Origin: Dipteris shenzhenensis
Lineage: Eukaryota
Assembly (NCBI GenBank): GCA_047967505.1
Contig: CM106538.1
DNA length: 64,000 nt
Strand: one strand, 5' to 3'
The position numbers and the translations under genes are program-made. Below the pieces are notes generated by a model. That model did not search any database. It saw nothing but the letters and a program-made list of their open reading frames with translations, and was not told the DNA's origin. How positions within the stretch are numbered: position 1 is the first letter of the stretch; every line of letters starts with the position of its first letter. This document shows positions 62,901 to 64,000 of the stretch, in pieces.

Positions 62901-62944
62901 CCTGTGTTGCTTTTATATAGAGTGTAAACTTCCTCCACTCTCAT

Positions 62945-63550
62945 TTGCTCTCCCTCTCTCCCTCAATAGATACACTAGGGTGTTGCCGCTGCTGCTGCTC
63001 CCCGCTCCCTCCTGCTGCCCGCCTTGCTGCTCCCTCCCTCCCCTCCATGCTGCTTCCTCCCTCCCCCCTACCCTCGTCTCCCCTCCTCCTCTTCCGCTGC
63101 TGCAGCCCCCCCTGCGCGCTGCCTCCTCCCCCCTGCGCGCTGCCTCCCCCTTGCGCGCTACTGCCTCCCCTCTGCGCGCTGCCTCCTCCCTCCCCTCCCC
63201 CTTGCCTGCTGCTCCCCCCTGCAGCCTGCTGCAGCAAACCCCCCCCCCCCCCCGCCTCCCCCTTGCGTGCTACCTCCTCCCCCCTGCGCGCTGCCTCTTC
63301 CCTCCCCTCCCCCCTGCGCTGCTGCTCCCCCCTGCGCTGCTGCCAGCCCCCCCCTGCGCTGCTTCAGCCCCCCCTCGCTGCTGCCAGCCCCTTCCCCTCC
63401 CTCTCCTCCACTCCTCCTCTCCTCTTTCCTCCCCTCCTCTTCCTTCTTCCTCTCCCTTTGCTGCCCCCTCTTCTTCCTCTCCTCTACTTGCTGACTCCTC
63501 CTCTCCTTGCTCCTTCCTCTCTCTCTCTCCTTCCTTTCACCCTCTCCCCT
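62945..63550 (+). repeat. CT-rich low-complexity tract with CCTGCGCGCTGCCTCC-type repeats
   Basis: Same class as the purine-rich tracts at 8750, 36480, 40500, 53940 and 55400, but in the opposite orientation. Confidence 0.85.
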
Positions 63551-63792
63551 CATCTGGAGTACCCCTATTTTTGTTAGGGGTCTCCTGGGCTTCAGGAAAG
63601 CGGACGGAGTTCTTTTTTTGTAATGAATCTTTTTTTTTCTCTCTTAGATGCAAATGTATACACATGCACTTGCTAACATACATGCACGCCAATGGTTGCA
63701 AATTTATCACCATTTAGATATGTATGCTAAAAGTATCTCAATGTTTTCAGTCACTGATCACGTTTGACTGATTATATTTTTGCGAATTGCAG

Positions 63793-63973
63793 TTTCATGT
63801 TGATGCTGTCTTGGACCTTGCGTCGCACTTCCTCACTCGTCTCCGGCGTTATGCTAGTTTTTGTCGAACTCTAGCAACGCATGCTGCTGGCAATACACCT
63901 CCAAATGTTGCCAACACTCGGCTTCCAACTTCAACTTCAAGTGCAAGTGGATCAACCCCAGCTCCATCTCAAG
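63793..63973 (+). CDS. MED16: MED16 exon
   Basis: Acceptor TTGCAG. Reads FHVDAVLDLASHFLTRLRRYASFCRTLATHA...STPAPSQG. Probable donor GTAACT at 63974; the gene continues beyond the window. Confidence 0.9.
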
Positions 63974-64000
63974 GTAACTCCGATGCTCAAAGAATCGCCT

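Noticed and set aside
1-64000. tRNA, rRNA, hammerhead or HDV ribozymes
   Set aside because: No cloverleaf, A/B-box pair or CUGANGA..GAAA core with compatible stems was recognised by eye. A covariance-model scan would be needed to exclude them fully.

Overview
Eukaryotic, land-plant-type DNA; a large-genome seed-free plant such as a fern or lycophyte is my inference. The whole window lies inside one + strand host gene, Mediator subunit 16 (MED16/SFR6). Six GT-AG exons (about 1.3 kb coding, phases all consistent) are separated by introns of about 0.4, 9.8, 17.0, 28.8 and 6.6 kb. The introns are packed with nested, decayed transposons: many RTEX-like LINE copies (two subfamilies with (TTTC)n/(TC)n tails), L1 LINEs, an integrase-deleted Copia element (TSD GAATA), three Gypsy derivatives (one with TSD CTTTG) and a hAT MITE (TSD ATCTGCCA). 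Five observations stand out. (1) An intronless, decayed CENH3-like histone-fold ORF with its own TATA and AATAAA in intron 3. (2) An ORF1-only 'half-LINE' that ends in the RTEX 3' tail. (3) Canonical PCNA-binding PIP boxes in a C-terminal extension of RTEX ORF2, conserved across subfamilies. (4) A covarying 3' stem-loop shared by these retroelements. (5) About 20 same-strand CGTAC (SBP/SPL-type) motifs in the Copia leader. All calls come from reading the sequence; no searches were run, and many TE boundaries are approximate.
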